Below, piece after piece: positions 14,896 to 24,952 of a stretch of 64,000 nucleotides of DNA. A program made the position numbers and the translations under genes. This DNA comes from Dehalococcoidia bacterium. Lineage in GTDB: Bacteria; Chloroflexota; Dehalococcoidia; Bin125. The notes below the pieces were generated by a model. That model was not told the origin of the DNA. It made no database searches and saw only the letters and a program-made list of their open reading frames with translations. The stretch's first letter is position 1. Each line of letters starts with the position of its first letter. Location: positions 1,280,001-1,344,000 of the forward strand of contig OY820591.1 in NCBI GenBank assembly GCA_963555985.3, written 5' to 3'.

Positions 14896-17301
14896 ATGAC
14901 GCGGCGCTTCGATCAGCTGAGAGTCGTCGAGATCGCCGGATCGCACGCCGGCGCCTATGCCGCCAAAATGTTCGCCGACAACGGCGCCGAAGTCCTCAAG
15001 CTTGTCCCACCCGGCGGTGATCCACTGCTGCACGACGGGGAGATCCTGCCCGCTCACGCACTCGGCGAGGTCGGGTCGGTCTGGGCCTTCTGCAATACCT
15101 CCAAGCGGATGCTCGAGCTTGAGCCTGAGAGCGAACGCGCTCAGACGCTGATCGCGGCTGCCGATGTCGTGATCGAAAGCAGCGCGCCCGATCCGCTCGT
15201 TCCTGTTACCGCTGAGCACGATAACGATCGTCTCGTCCGCCTTTACCTCTCACCGTTCGGACTCAAAGGGCCGTGGTCTTCCCGCCGCTCGAATGTGTTC
15301 ACCGACGACGCGGCCGGCGGACATCTCTATCTCAACGGAGAGCCGGATCGCGAGCCGTTCCGACGCCACGGTCGCCATACGGAGTATCAGGCGGGGATGT
15401 ACGGCTTCATCGGCGCAATGGCGGCGTTGATCGCTCGTGAGCGAACCGGCCGAGGACAGATGATTGAAGTTGCCCACCTCGAGGGCATGGTCTCGATGCA
15501 CCAGCACACGACCACGATGTGGACGCACGCGGGCCACATCCTCAAGCGCGAGGGCAATACCCAACCCGGCATGTGGCATCCCGCCGGCGTCTACGAGTGC
15601 GGCGACGGCTACGTCTTCCTCTGCCACGCGACCGGCGCGAAGCTCGAACCCTTCCTCCACGCAGCCGGCTTGGGACACCTATTGGATGAACCTCGATTCG
15701 CCACAGACGTATCTCGCGGTCTGCACAAGAAGGAGTTCAATGCGGCCATCCGCCCCTGGCTAATGTCGCACACGGTCGAAGAGATTTGTGAATTGGGCGA
15801 GGCGACGTTCTCGCCGATGGGTCCCGTCTGGGACACGCATGAGTTTCTCGCCGATCCGCATATGCGCGCCCGCGACTTCTTCGTACCGCTCGATCCGGCG
15901 CGTGGCGCTGAAGAAATCCCGCGCGGACCGTTCCGTATCCGCGATGCGCCGTCGTCGCCGAGCCGGGTCTCGCTCGCCGACCTCAACCACTGGGCCGAAC
16001 CCGGCGAGCCGATCGCCAGCAACGGAGACGCGCTCGCCGACGGACCACTGACCGGCCTCAGAGTGCTCGACCTCACCCGCGTCTGGGCCGGACCGATCGC
16101 CGGGCGAATTCTTGGCGATCTAGGCGCGGACGTGATCCACATTGAGTCGCCATGGAATCGGGGCCCACTTGAGGCCCCCGCCAATCTCCCGGAGCTGACG
16201 CACCTCTATCCCGACAATGCACTCGGCGAGCGTCACTGGAATCGCAACGGCGGCTTCAACAAGCTCGCCCGGAACAAGCGAGGACTGGGAATCAATCTCG
16301 CTGCTGAGGCGGGCCAGGCGATCTTCCGCGAGCTGATCGCAGTATCAGACGTCGTGTTGGAGAACTACAGCCCGCGCGTGATGCCCCAATGGGGTCTCGA
16401 CTGGGATTCGCTTCGTGAACTCAATCCCGCCATCATCCACACCTCAATGCCCGGCTACGGGGCCGAAGGGCCGGGCGCGATGCGAGTCGCGCTGGGGCCG
16501 GTGATCGAGGCCGCCACCGGCATGACCATGATGGCCGGCTACGCCGATACGGGCCCATACCGCTCCGGCGTCGCCTGGCCCGATCCGGTCTCCGGCCTGA
16601 GCGCGGTCGCCGGGACGCTCGTTGGCCTCTGGCGGCGCATGGCCTCGAACGGTGAAGGGCAAGAGGTCGAAACCGCGATGATCGAGTCAATGGGCACCTT
16701 CGCGGGCGATGAACTCCTGTCTGCGCAGGTCATGGGCGGCCCGCCGCCACGACGCGGGAATCGCCAGCCGGGTATTGCGCCGCAAGGCGTGTATCGATGC
16801 CTTGGGGATGACCGCTGGGTCGCGATCTCAGTGACATCGGATGAAGAGTGGCAATCGCTCTGTGCGGTCGCGGAGCTTCCGGAACACTGGGTTGATTGGG
16901 AGCTATGGGAGCGTGAGGCACGTCACGATGAGATCGACACTGCGCTGAGTATCTGGTCCCGGTCGATCAGTCCGGCCGAGGCCGTTGGTCGGTTGCAGGG
17001 CGGCGGGGTGATCTCTGCGGTTGTGGCCGACGCTCGCGACCTGCTCGAAAACGAGCACCTCGCTGCACGTTCATTCTGGGCTGAGCTCGTGGACCCCGAT
17101 GCTGGCTTCCTGCGCTATCCGGGATGTCCCGTTCGGCTCAGCGAGACGCCGGTGACCTATCGCCGCCCCGCACCTGGGCTGGGAGAACATAACGCTGAGA
17201 TCGTTGCCGACTTGCTCGGGGTGAGCGCGACTGAGATAGCAGCCCTCAAGAGTGCGGGCGTGATTGCGGATCGTCCGCCGAGCTTGGCCGACTTGACGTA
17301 A
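14896..17301 (+). CDS. Class III CoA-transferase (CaiB/BaiF), two-domain fusion
   Basis: Two CaiB repeats: LRVVEI...GAEVLK and LRVLDLTRVWAGP...ARNKR...AWPDPVSG. Confidence 0.9.
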   Translation: MTRRFDQLRVVEIAGSHAGAYAAKMFADNGAEVLKLVPPGGDPLLHDGEILPAHALGEVGSVWAFCNTSKRMLELEPESERAQTLIAAADVVIESSAPDPLVPVTAEHDNDRLVRLYLSPFGLKGPWSSRRSNVFTDDAAGGHLYLNGEPDREPFRRHGRHTEYQAGMYGFIGAMAALIARERTGRGQMIEVAHLEGMVSMHQHTTTMWTHAGHILKREGNTQPGMWHPAGVYECGDGYVFLCHATGAKLEPFLHAAGLGHLLDEPRFATDVSRGLHKKEFNAAIRPWLMSHTVEEICELGEATFSPMGPVWDTHEFLADPHMRARDFFVPLDPARGAEEIPRGPFRIRDAPSSPSRVSLADLNHWAEPGEPIASNGDALADGPLTGLRVLDLTRVWAGPIAGRILGDLGADVIHIESPWNRGPLEAPANLPELTHLYPDNALGERHWNRNGGFNKLARNKRGLGINLAAEAGQAIFRELIAVSDVVLENYSPRVMPQWGLDWDSLRELNPAIIHTSMPGYGAEGPGAMRVALGPVIEAATGMTMMAGYADTGPYRSGVAWPDPVSGLSAVAGTLVGLWRRMASNGEGQEVETAMIESMGTFAGDELLSAQVMGGPPPRRGNRQPGIAPQGVYRCLGDDRWVAISVTSDEEWQSLCAVAELPEHWVDWELWEREARHDEIDTALSIWSRSISPAEAVGRLQGGGVISAVVADARDLLENEHLAARSFWAELVDPDAGFLRYPGCPVRLSETPVTYRRPAPGLGEHNAEIVADLLGVSATEIAALKSAGVIADRPPSLADLT

Positions 17302-17316
17302 TCGCGGGAGTGGGAG

Positions 17317-17393
17317 TGGTCGGGGTGGGCGGATTTGAACCGCCGGCCTCACGGCCCCAAACCGTGCGCTCTGCCAAGCTGAGCTACACCCCG
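17317..17393 (-). tRNA. tRNA-Pro (TGG)
   Basis: Reverse complement CGGGGTGTAGCTCAGCTTGGCAGAGCG-CACGG-TTTGGGG-CCGTG-...GGTTCAAATCC...CCCCGACCA. Confidence 0.95.
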
Positions 17394-17400
17394 AACGTGT

Positions 17401-18351
17401 TCAATCGACTTGGATGGCACCGACCAGTTCCGACAGCTCGGTGACGCCTGCGCCACGGCAATAGTCGTGCAGTTCTTCGACGACCCGTACCGCAGCGTAG
17501 GGATCGCGGAACGACGCCGTCCCGACCTGCACAGCGGACGCGCCGGCGAGGAGAAACTCCACCGCGTCGCGCCCGTCAACGATCCCGCCGCAGCCGATCA
17601 CCGGGATCCCTACGGCCCGCGCCGTTTCCCAGACCAGACGGAGCGCAAGCGGCTTGATTGCCGGTCCGGTCAGTCCCGCCACCGCTCGCGCCGTACGCGG
17701 GCGGCGCGTTTGCACGTCAATCGACATCCCGACAAACGAGTTGGCGACGCAGAGCGCGTCCGCTCCGGCCGTTTCGCAAGCATGAGCGATCTCGGCAATG
17801 TCCGTCACGCCGGGCGTCAGCTTGACGATTACAGGCAGTGTCGTCGATTGCACGACTGCTTCGGTCACCCGAGCTGCCGCCGCCGGATCGCGGCCAAACT
17901 CGATCCCGCCGACATCCAGATTTGGGCAGGAGATGTTGACTTCGAGTCCGGCGACCCCCGGTGCGCCGTCAAGCACTTCAGCCAGGTGCGCGAACTCGTC
18001 TACCGTATCGCCGAGCATGTTGACGATGACAGGCGTATCCCAGGTCTCCCAGACCGTTGCCACCTCGCTCAGCAAGCGCCGCACGCCGACATTCTGGAAG
18101 CCAATCGAGTTCAGCATCCCGGCCGGAGTTTCCACGATCCGAGGCGTGGGATTCCCGCGCCGCGGTCGTAGCGTGACTCCCTTGGAGACGATCGCTCCGA
18201 GCCGATTCAGATCGAAGACGCGCGCGAACTCGAGTCCGTTGCTGAACGTGCCCGACGCTGTCATGACCGGATTGCGCAGGATCAGTTCGCGCTTCGCGCC
18301 TGGGGCGAGATCAACGCTGAGATCCAGAGCGCGGACTGCGGTCGCGGGCAT
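17401..18351 (-). CDS. pyrD: Dihydroorotate dehydrogenase, class 1
   Basis: NPVMTASGTF, GNPTPRIVET, GMLNSIG, EVNISCPN, VKLTP, GLTGPAIKP, AGASAVQVGT. Start at 18351 or 18357. Confidence 0.93.
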   Translation of the reverse strand: MPATAVRALDLSVDLAPGAKRELILRNPVMTASGTFSNGLEFARVFDLNRLGAIVSKGVTLRPRRGNPTPRIVETPAGMLNSIGFQNVGVRRLLSEVATVWETWDTPVIVNMLGDTVDEFAHLAEVLDGAPGVAGLEVNISCPNLDVGGIEFGRDPAAAARVTEAVVQSTTLPVIVKLTPGVTDIAEIAHACETAGADALCVANSFVGMSIDVQTRRPRTARAVAGLTGPAIKPLALRLVWETARAVGIPVIGCGGIVDGRDAVEFLLAGASAVQVGTASFRDPYAAVRVVEELHDYCRGAGVTELSELVGAIQVD

Positions 18352-18445
18352 GGACATCCTTCGTCTGCATGGTAAGGGCGCAGGCGAAGCGCCGCCGCAC
18401 CAGGTTGGAGTGCCGACGCGGCGGAGAGGACGAATGTGACGCGGG

Positions 18446-18697
18446 CTAGTTGTCCGAGCCGTCTCCCGCTCGGCGCCGGCGGCTGATGCCCATGTCGTTC
18501 CAGCGCGAGCGTCCTTCGACGCGGTCCCAGATCGAGTCTTCCGACGAGTTGCGGAACTCTTTGGTCTCGCCGCAGGTACAGGTCCCGATCGAGAATGGGC
18601 CGTTCGGCGACTCCACCACCCAGTGGTGGATGTGCTGCGGCTGCTCGCTCTCGACCTTGCGGCGGCGGGAGGGGGCCTTGATTGCCTTGGTGGCCAT
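18446..18697 (-). CDS. Small putative metal-binding protein (83 aa, HxHHW...CxCG)
   Basis: RBS GGAGGAA; HIHHWVVESPNGPFSIGTCTCGETKEFRNS core with basic termini. Confidence 0.75.
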   Translation of the reverse strand: MATKAIKAPSRRRKVESEQPQHIHHWVVESPNGPFSIGTCTCGETKEFRNSSEDSIWDRVEGRSRWNDMGISRRRRAGDGSDN

Positions 18698-19246
18698 GAC
18701 TCTGTTCCTCCGTGGGCGACGCACCCGGGCTGCGGACACAACCCGTGGTCTCGGTCTGCCCATCAGTGTGCGTGACACTATGCATGAGCGGCGCGGCGGG
18801 CAATATCGCGCGCAACAATCCCGCTGCGCGGATGTAAAGCTCGCTACGCGCATGTATCTCCTTAACGCGCCTATGTAGGTTGCGGTTCCGAACGCAGGTA
18901 ATCTCGATTACAGATCGCGCACTCTGCCGCCTGGGACACTCGATCGGAGTGCGTATCGATTCGTCCCGCCCCGTGAACGCGCGACTCTACAGTAGGATGC
19001 AGACAGCGCTCGATGCGGCCGCCGTGAGGGCGGCTCCGACGCGCGAGAAGCGCCAGTTGCGCATGATGGATTTACACAGCTTGGACTGTCACCTTGCAGC
19101 GGCTGTCACGGTCGGCGCTGGGTCCTTCGCGTGCTCCCGCGAACTCCCTGATCCGGGGCTGGACTGAGCACGCGATGGTCTGGCGACGACTGACCGGCCG
19201 CTCCGAGGGACAACGCCCCAACTCAGGGAGTGGGAAGGGAAGCGGT

Positions 19247-20356
19247 ATGGCGTTGACCGACGAGACGGTACGCGACGCGCTCCGTCGCATACGAGACCCT
19301 CAGCTCGGACGTGATCTCCTCAGCCTGCGTATGTTTACCGGAGCTCAGATAGACGGCGGCAACGTGACGGTGCACCTCTCCTTGCCGATGCACGGCTACG
19401 CAGCCAAGGATCAGCTCGAGTCAGCTGTTTCAGCCGCGCTGCGCGAACTCGGCGCAGACAACGTCCAGATCGAGTACGAAGTCAACGTTCCCGCCTGGCA
19501 AGGGAACGGTCAGCAAGCCGCGATTGCGGGCGTCCGCAACATCATCGCCGTCGCCTCAAACAAGGGCGGCGTCGGCAAATCCACGATTGCGACGAACCTC
19601 GCCGTCGCTTTGGCCCAGAGCGGAGCTTCGGTCGGGCTGATTGACGCAGACGCCACCGGCCCGAACTTGCCCACCATGTTTGGCCTGCCCAACGGCTTTC
19701 AGGCGCAGAGCGAGCAAGGTTTGCACCCGGTCGAGCGCTTCGGCGTCCGTGTCATTTCGCTCGGCTTCCTGCTTCCGCCCGGCGCGCCGGTCGTCTGGCG
19801 CGGGCCGATGATTGGCTCTGCGATTCGCCAGCTACTGCATGATGTCGATTGGGGCGATGTCGACTACTTGCTGATCGACCTCCCGCCGGGTACCAGCGAC
19901 GCCTCCATGTCGATGGCCCAGGAAGCTCCGATCGCGGGCGCGGTGGTCGTCTCCACACCGCAGCAAGTGGCGCTCGAAGACGCCAGCAAGGCCGTCACGA
20001 TGTTCGAGAAGCTCGATGTACCTGTTTTCGGCATCGTCGAGAACATGTCCTATTTCGTCACGCCCGATACTGGGCAACGAGTGGAGATCTTCGGCCACGG
20101 TGGGGCGCGCGACGCGGCTGATGATCTCGAGATCGATTTCCTCGGCGAGGTTCCGCTCGCCACCGAAGTCCGTGCGGGCGGCGACGACGGCGAACCGATC
20201 GTTGCCTTTGACGCCGATCACGCGGCCGCACAGGCATTTACCGCCATCGCCACTCGCGTCGCAACCAAGGCTGCTGCTTCGGCGCTGCTCCAGACTTCAA
20301 TCCCTCGCCCAACGCCCCGCCCTTCCCCTGCCTCGAAACCCACATCCATCCTTTGA
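19247..20356 (+). CDS. mrp: Mrp/ApbC/NBP35 family P-loop ATPase with N-terminal DUF59-like domain
   Basis: KGGVGKST, WRGPM, DLPPGT, STPQ and ENMSYF motifs; no cysteine in the protein. Confidence 0.9.
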   Translation: MALTDETVRDALRRIRDPQLGRDLLSLRMFTGAQIDGGNVTVHLSLPMHGYAAKDQLESAVSAALRELGADNVQIEYEVNVPAWQGNGQQAAIAGVRNIIAVASNKGGVGKSTIATNLAVALAQSGASVGLIDADATGPNLPTMFGLPNGFQAQSEQGLHPVERFGVRVISLGFLLPPGAPVVWRGPMIGSAIRQLLHDVDWGDVDYLLIDLPPGTSDASMSMAQEAPIAGAVVVSTPQQVALEDASKAVTMFEKLDVPVFGIVENMSYFVTPDTGQRVEIFGHGGARDAADDLEIDFLGEVPLATEVRAGGDDGEPIVAFDADHAAAQAFTAIATRVATKAAASALLQTSIPRPTPRPSPASKPTSIL

Positions 20357-20368
20357 TCAGGAGCACTC

Positions 20369-21355
20369 ATGTCCCGATTCCTGCGCCGCGGCGCAGCGTC
20401 CGAACCCGTTACGCCTGCCGAACCCGTTCCCGAATCCCCGCCTCAACCTGAAACTCGCCCCCGTCGCACCCCGAGCCGTCGCCGCGCTGCAAGTTCCACC
20501 CAAGAACCGGCTGCCGCGAATGTTCCTCCGCAAGTCACCGAAGCAGAACCGGCGGCGCGACGCCCGCGCCGCCGCAGTTCGACCAACGGAGCCGCCGGCG
20601 CGCCTGCAAGTAACGCCCCCCGTCGGCGCAGCGGCCGCAAGCCCGCCGAACCCGACGCAAGCCAATCAAGCGCCGCTTCGAGTGGTACCGACGCTCCACT
20701 CCTGGCGGTGCTTGAGCGCCAGAACGACCTGCTTGAACAGCACGGTCAGGCGCTGATCCAACTTCAGGAAGCGACCGCTACGCTCGCCGCATCGCAGCAA
20801 CAACTCACGCAGACCCTGCTCGGCGCGACGGGTGACTTCACCGCGCCTTCCGCCCGGATCGAAGTCTTGCCCCGTCTCGCGATCTTCGTTGACGTGCCCA
20901 ACATTCTCTATGGCGCCGAATCATCCGGGGTGCGGTTGAATTGGGGCAAGGTCGCCGAGTTTCTCTCACACGGGCGCACCCTTGTTCGCGCTATCGCCTA
21001 CGCGCCGATCTCAGATGATCCGAACGCGCGGATCGAGACCGAACGTTTCGTTACCCCATTCCTCGACCACGACTACCGCGTCGCCACCAAGCCGCTCAAG
21101 CGCTTCACGGGCGGGAGCGTCAAAGCCAACTTCGACGTCGAATTGGCAATCGACGTGCTCACAATGTCCGACCGAGTCGACGTGATCGTTCTCGTCTCGG
21201 GCGACGGCGACTTCCGCCGCCTCGTCGAAATCGTCGGCGCGCGCGGTGTCCGCGTCGAAGTGATGGCTTTCGGGCGCAGCACATCGCGCGACCTGATCGA
21301 GGTCGCCGATCGCTACATCGACATCGCCAGCTACGTGTCAGAGTTAGTCGACTAG
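20369..21355 (+). CDS. NYN (LabA/DUF88) domain nuclease with long disordered N-terminus
   Basis: IFVDVPNI, KANFDVELAID, LVSGDGDF and GVRVEV; N-terminus is Pro/Arg/Ala-rich, followed by a coiled-coil-like segment. Confidence 0.88.
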   Translation: MSRFLRRGAASEPVTPAEPVPESPPQPETRPRRTPSRRRAASSTQEPAAANVPPQVTEAEPAARRPRRRSSTNGAAGAPASNAPRRRSGRKPAEPDASQSSAASSGTDAPLLAVLERQNDLLEQHGQALIQLQEATATLAASQQQLTQTLLGATGDFTAPSARIEVLPRLAIFVDVPNILYGAESSGVRLNWGKVAEFLSHGRTLVRAIAYAPISDDPNARIETERFVTPFLDHDYRVATKPLKRFTGGSVKANFDVELAIDVLTMSDRVDVIVLVSGDGDFRRLVEIVGARGVRVEVMAFGRSTSRDLIEVADRYIDIASYVSELVD

Positions 21356-21379
21356 CCGACTCCCCACTGAGCATCCTCG

Positions 21380-22219
21380 CTAGGCGTTTTCCCATCGCCG
21401 GACGCCATCGCGCCGCGCTGCTCGTCCCAGTCCCGGAAACTCGAAATGTCCGGACGCAATCAGCGCGTTCTCAGCCTCGATCCGGTCAAAGAGCGCGTGC
21501 CGACTAGCGGTCGAATCGGTCGTGTTCACATCCGCACTAGGGCACCAGTCGGTTTCGGTGAGCTGGACTCGGTGGTGCGCTGCATCGCCGAGCACGTAAG
21601 CGGTCTCTCCGCCGCTGCTAATCGCGAACGAGACGTGTCCGGGTGTGTGACCCGGTGTCGGCACGGTCACGACCTCGGCAGTCAAGGTGTGCTCGCCCTC
21701 AACGAAGTCTGCGAGACCGGCGTTGACGATCGGCGCGAGGACATTGTCGTAGCCCGCGCCTTGCCTCAACTCGTCGCTGCTGGTCCAGAAGTCCCACTCA
21801 GCCTGCTGGATGATGTGGCGGGCGTTGGGGAAGACCGGTCGCGGCGATCCGTCTACGTCTCGGGTGTTCCAACCGGTGTGGTCGAAGTGCAGGTGCGAGA
21901 ACGCGACGATATCTACATCGTTCGGAGAAACGCCCGCCTCTTCCATCACTGATGGCAGCGCCGGCGGCTCCTTGAGCGGCATCGGGGCCGGTCGGCCGCC
22001 GATACCGGAGTCGACCAGGATGGTCGTGCCGCCGCTGATGATCAGCCATGCGCCGAGGTTCAGCGTGATGTTGCCGTCCTCGTCGAGCATGTCGCGGTAG
22101 GCGTCCCAGTCCGCGTCTGCGGTGTCGGTGAAGAACGCCGTTGGAGGCAGGGCGGCCCACGAGTCTTGGACCGCGATCAGCTCCGCGTCCCCGACCTGCA
22201 CTTTGTGAAACTGTCCCAT
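21380..22219 (-). CDS. MBL-fold metallo-hydrolase (lactonase-like)
   Basis: SHLHFDHTG, TPGHTPGH, GDAAH and HF motifs. Confidence 0.9.
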   Translation of the reverse strand: MGQFHKVQVGDAELIAVQDSWAALPPTAFFTDTADADWDAYRDMLDEDGNITLNLGAWLIISGGTTILVDSGIGGRPAPMPLKEPPALPSVMEEAGVSPNDVDIVAFSHLHFDHTGWNTRDVDGSPRPVFPNARHIIQQAEWDFWTSSDELRQGAGYDNVLAPIVNAGLADFVEGEHTLTAEVVTVPTPGHTPGHVSFAISSGGETAYVLGDAAHHRVQLTETDWCPSADVNTTDSTASRHALFDRIEAENALIASGHFEFPGLGRAARRDGVRRWENA

Positions 22220-22291
22220 GTTGCCCGCCTTCCGTTGCGCTCCAGTCCAGACGCTCAGTTTGCGCAGGCAGGCTAACGGATTGATGGACGC

Positions 22292-23632
22292 TCAATCGTC
22301 GCCGAGTTGATACGCCTCGTCGAGCAACTCGATTGCGTGCGCGCTGCGCGGCATCATGCGCCCGTCTGGATCGAACCGCGCGATGCCCGCGTCCAACTGC
22401 AACATGCAGCCCGGATTCGCAGTGCAGACCTGTTCCGCGCCCGTCGTCAACACATCTTCCATCTTCTCGGCCAGCACGCGCTTGGAGATGTCCGCCTGCA
22501 CGACGGAGTAGATACCAGCCGAGCCGCAGCAGCGATCCGGCCGCCGCATCTCGCTCAGCGTGAGTCCCGGGATGCTGTTCAGCACTTCCCTGGGAGCGCT
22601 GCGCACGTTCTGAGCATGTGCGAGGTGACACGAATCCTGATACGTCACCGTCCGTTCAATCCGGCCTGTGGGTGGATCGAATCCGACCTCAACCAGGTAC
22701 TCATGCACATCTCGAACCCTGTGGGCGAAGTCGGCCGCGCGTCCGGCATAGGCCGGATCGTTGCGCAGCAGGTGTCCGTACTCCTTGAGATGGGAACCGC
22801 AGCCGGCCGCGTTAACGAGAATCGCGTCGGGAGCCTGACCGTCCGCTCTAAGAAACGCATCGATGTTCGCGCGCGCGAGTTCGCGCGCCGCCTCAACATC
22901 GCCGCCGTGCGCGTGCAAGGCGCCGCAACAGACCTGCGCCGACGGCGCGTCCACCGAGACTCCGTTTCGGGCAAAGACTCGCACTGTCGCCCGATGCGTC
23001 TCCGGGTACGCGAGCGGCATCATGCAGCCGCTGATCAGCGCGGCGCGCGCACGTACCGGAGCCCGCGGCTCGACCGCCGACGCCTCGCGGTTCGCATAGA
23101 ACGGCCGCCGCGCGTCGGGCGAAAGCGCGTCAATGTCAGCCAGCTTCGGCGCGATCCGTCGCAGCAATCCGGTCTGTCTCACGAGCGCTTGCAGACCTAA
23201 GCGCTGGTAGAGCTTCAACCCGTAGCCCGCCAAACGCATTCGGCGTGGGTAAGGGAAGACCCCACGCATGATCAACCGCCAGATCAACCGCTGCCGCCGC
23301 GGCCACTTCTGCTGCGCGAACGCCTCGGCGCGGGCGGCCTCCATCAGCCGTCCGTACGGCACTTTCGACGGACAGGCGGTCTCGCAGGCGCGGCATTGCA
23401 GGCACTGGTCGAAGTGCTGCTGAATTCGGGGCGTCCACTCGGTTCTGCCCGTATCCAGAGCGCGCATCAACGCGATCCGCCCTCTTGGCGAATCGGTCTC
23501 CACTCCGAGCTCGAGGTAGGTCGGACAGGCGTTGAGACAGAAGCCGCAATGTACGCACAGGCCAAGCTCGCCCTCGTCCGGGCGATCCTCAGTCAGCCAT
23601 ATCGGCTCAGCGGCGGGCGGCGCGTGGGTCAT
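22292..23632 (-). CDS. glcF: Glycolate oxidase iron-sulfur subunit
   Basis: CVHCGFCLNACPT and CLQCRACETACPS ferredoxin motifs plus two CCG domains. Confidence 0.92.
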   Translation of the reverse strand: MTHAPPAAEPIWLTEDRPDEGELGLCVHCGFCLNACPTYLELGVETDSPRGRIALMRALDTGRTEWTPRIQQHFDQCLQCRACETACPSKVPYGRLMEAARAEAFAQQKWPRRQRLIWRLIMRGVFPYPRRMRLAGYGLKLYQRLGLQALVRQTGLLRRIAPKLADIDALSPDARRPFYANREASAVEPRAPVRARAALISGCMMPLAYPETHRATVRVFARNGVSVDAPSAQVCCGALHAHGGDVEAARELARANIDAFLRADGQAPDAILVNAAGCGSHLKEYGHLLRNDPAYAGRAADFAHRVRDVHEYLVEVGFDPPTGRIERTVTYQDSCHLAHAQNVRSAPREVLNSIPGLTLSEMRRPDRCCGSAGIYSVVQADISKRVLAEKMEDVLTTGAEQVCTANPGCMLQLDAGIARFDPDGRMMPRSAHAIELLDEAYQLGDD

Positions 23633-23641
23633 GCTCGCAGC

Positions 23642-24952
23642 CTAAATCCCTCCCACGAATCGGCCGGGGCTGAGAATGCCGGTCGGGTCGAATTGATCCT
23701 TGATCCGCCGCATCAGCCGCCCGCCCGCACCTGTCGGCCCCCAAACGTCGATCGCGCGCTTGAGTTCGACAGGCGCCGACTCGACCGTGAGATGTCCGCC
23801 AAGGGAAGCCAGCTTGCCGCGCAGCGCCTCAATCGTTGCGGCCGAAGACTGGATCTCCCCCACGGGCGCATCAACGAAGAGTAGTCCCGAATCCGCAGCC
23901 GCGACCCACCGATCCGTTGGCGGCAGCCCTATAGCGAGGAATTCGCGCGCTTTGGCCAACGACGCGGGTCGAACGCCAAGTCTCAGGCGTAGGTAATCAG
24001 CGGGGGTTGCAAGTTCCAGGTCGGTGATCGCTTGCCAGGTTTCTACGATCGCGGTGGTAGATCGTTCCGGTGCGTCCAATCCAGACAGGCGCGCAGCCCC
24101 GACAGCCTCTGTCAGAACCTCAGCGACCGCCGACTCCAGCCCAACTGCGCGCAGCACGAGTGTTGGCTCGGCGGTCAGCAGTTCCGCGCCAAGCGCTCGC
24201 GCGCTCGCAGCCGATTCGCTCGCCAACGCCACGCAACCGTTCAGCGAGGGCGCCGCCTGAGCCGCCGCCGTCGCAGCGGCCAACGCTGTCTCAAACGATG
24301 GCGCGGAAATGGCGACGATTCGATCCGCCGCCGGTAGCGGCCGCAGCTTGAACGTCACCTCGACGATCGCGCCGAGGGTTCCCATCGAACCCGCGAACAG
24401 CTTTGGCAGGTCATACCCGCTCACGTTCTTTACGACCTGCCCGCCGCCCTTGATCAGCACACCGTCTGCCCGCACCATCTGCATCCCGATCAGCCAGTCA
24501 CGCGGCCCGCCGAAAGCGGTGCGGCGCAATCCGCCGCGCCCGACGGCTGCGACCCCGCCCACCGTCGCACGCTCGAAATGGGGCGCGTCCAGCGGTACAA
24601 ACTGCCCATGCTCGGCAAGGATGCGTTGAACCTGCGCGAGCGTCATCCCGGCCCCAACGGAAATCGTGAAATCGTTCGGCTCGTACGCCGCCACCTCGTT
24701 GAGTCTGGTCATGTCCACAGCAAGGTCGTAGCCGCGCGGCGGCATCCCAAGCTCAATCATTGTGCGCCCGCCGAAAAAGCAGACGCGGAGATCGTGCTGG
24801 TGTGCAGTCGCGATTGCCTGAGCGAGGTTTGATGAATCGGTAGCTTCAACGGCGATGCTGGGCATCACGCCGTCAATGGCGTACGAAGCGAGATCGTCCG
24901 TTTGCCCAGCGATCCGCTTACGAACTGCGGCGATTGTCTCTTGACTGGACAT
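23642..24952 (-). CDS. glcE: Glycolate oxidase FAD-binding subunit
   Basis: GGQVVKNVSGYDLPKL, GSMGTLG and FDPTGILSPGR; located between glcD and glcF. Confidence 0.88.
   Translation of the reverse strand: MSSQETIAAVRKRIAGQTDDLASYAIDGVMPSIAVEATDSSNLAQAIATAHQHDLRVCFFGGRTMIELGMPPRGYDLAVDMTRLNEVAAYEPNDFTISVGAGMTLAQVQRILAEHGQFVPLDAPHFERATVGGVAAVGRGGLRRTAFGGPRDWLIGMQMVRADGVLIKGGGQVVKNVSGYDLPKLFAGSMGTLGAIVEVTFKLRPLPAADRIVAISAPSFETALAAATAAAQAAPSLNGCVALASESAASARALGAELLTAEPTLVLRAVGLESAVAEVLTEAVGAARLSGLDAPERSTTAIVETWQAITDLELATPADYLRLRLGVRPASLAKAREFLAIGLPPTDRWVAAADSGLLFVDAPVGEIQSSAATIEALRGKLASLGGHLTVESAPVELKRAIDVWGPTGAGGRLMRRIKDQFDPTGILSPGRFVGGI

Noticed and set aside
13858-15219. 453-aa MaoC fusion ORF from the track
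   Set aside because: Only the last 140 aa are MaoC-like, with their own RBS; the upstream part overlaps two other real genes.
17393-17402. GAAC-GT-GTTC near tRNA-Pro as an SOS box
   Set aside because: The spacer is 2 nt rather than 4.
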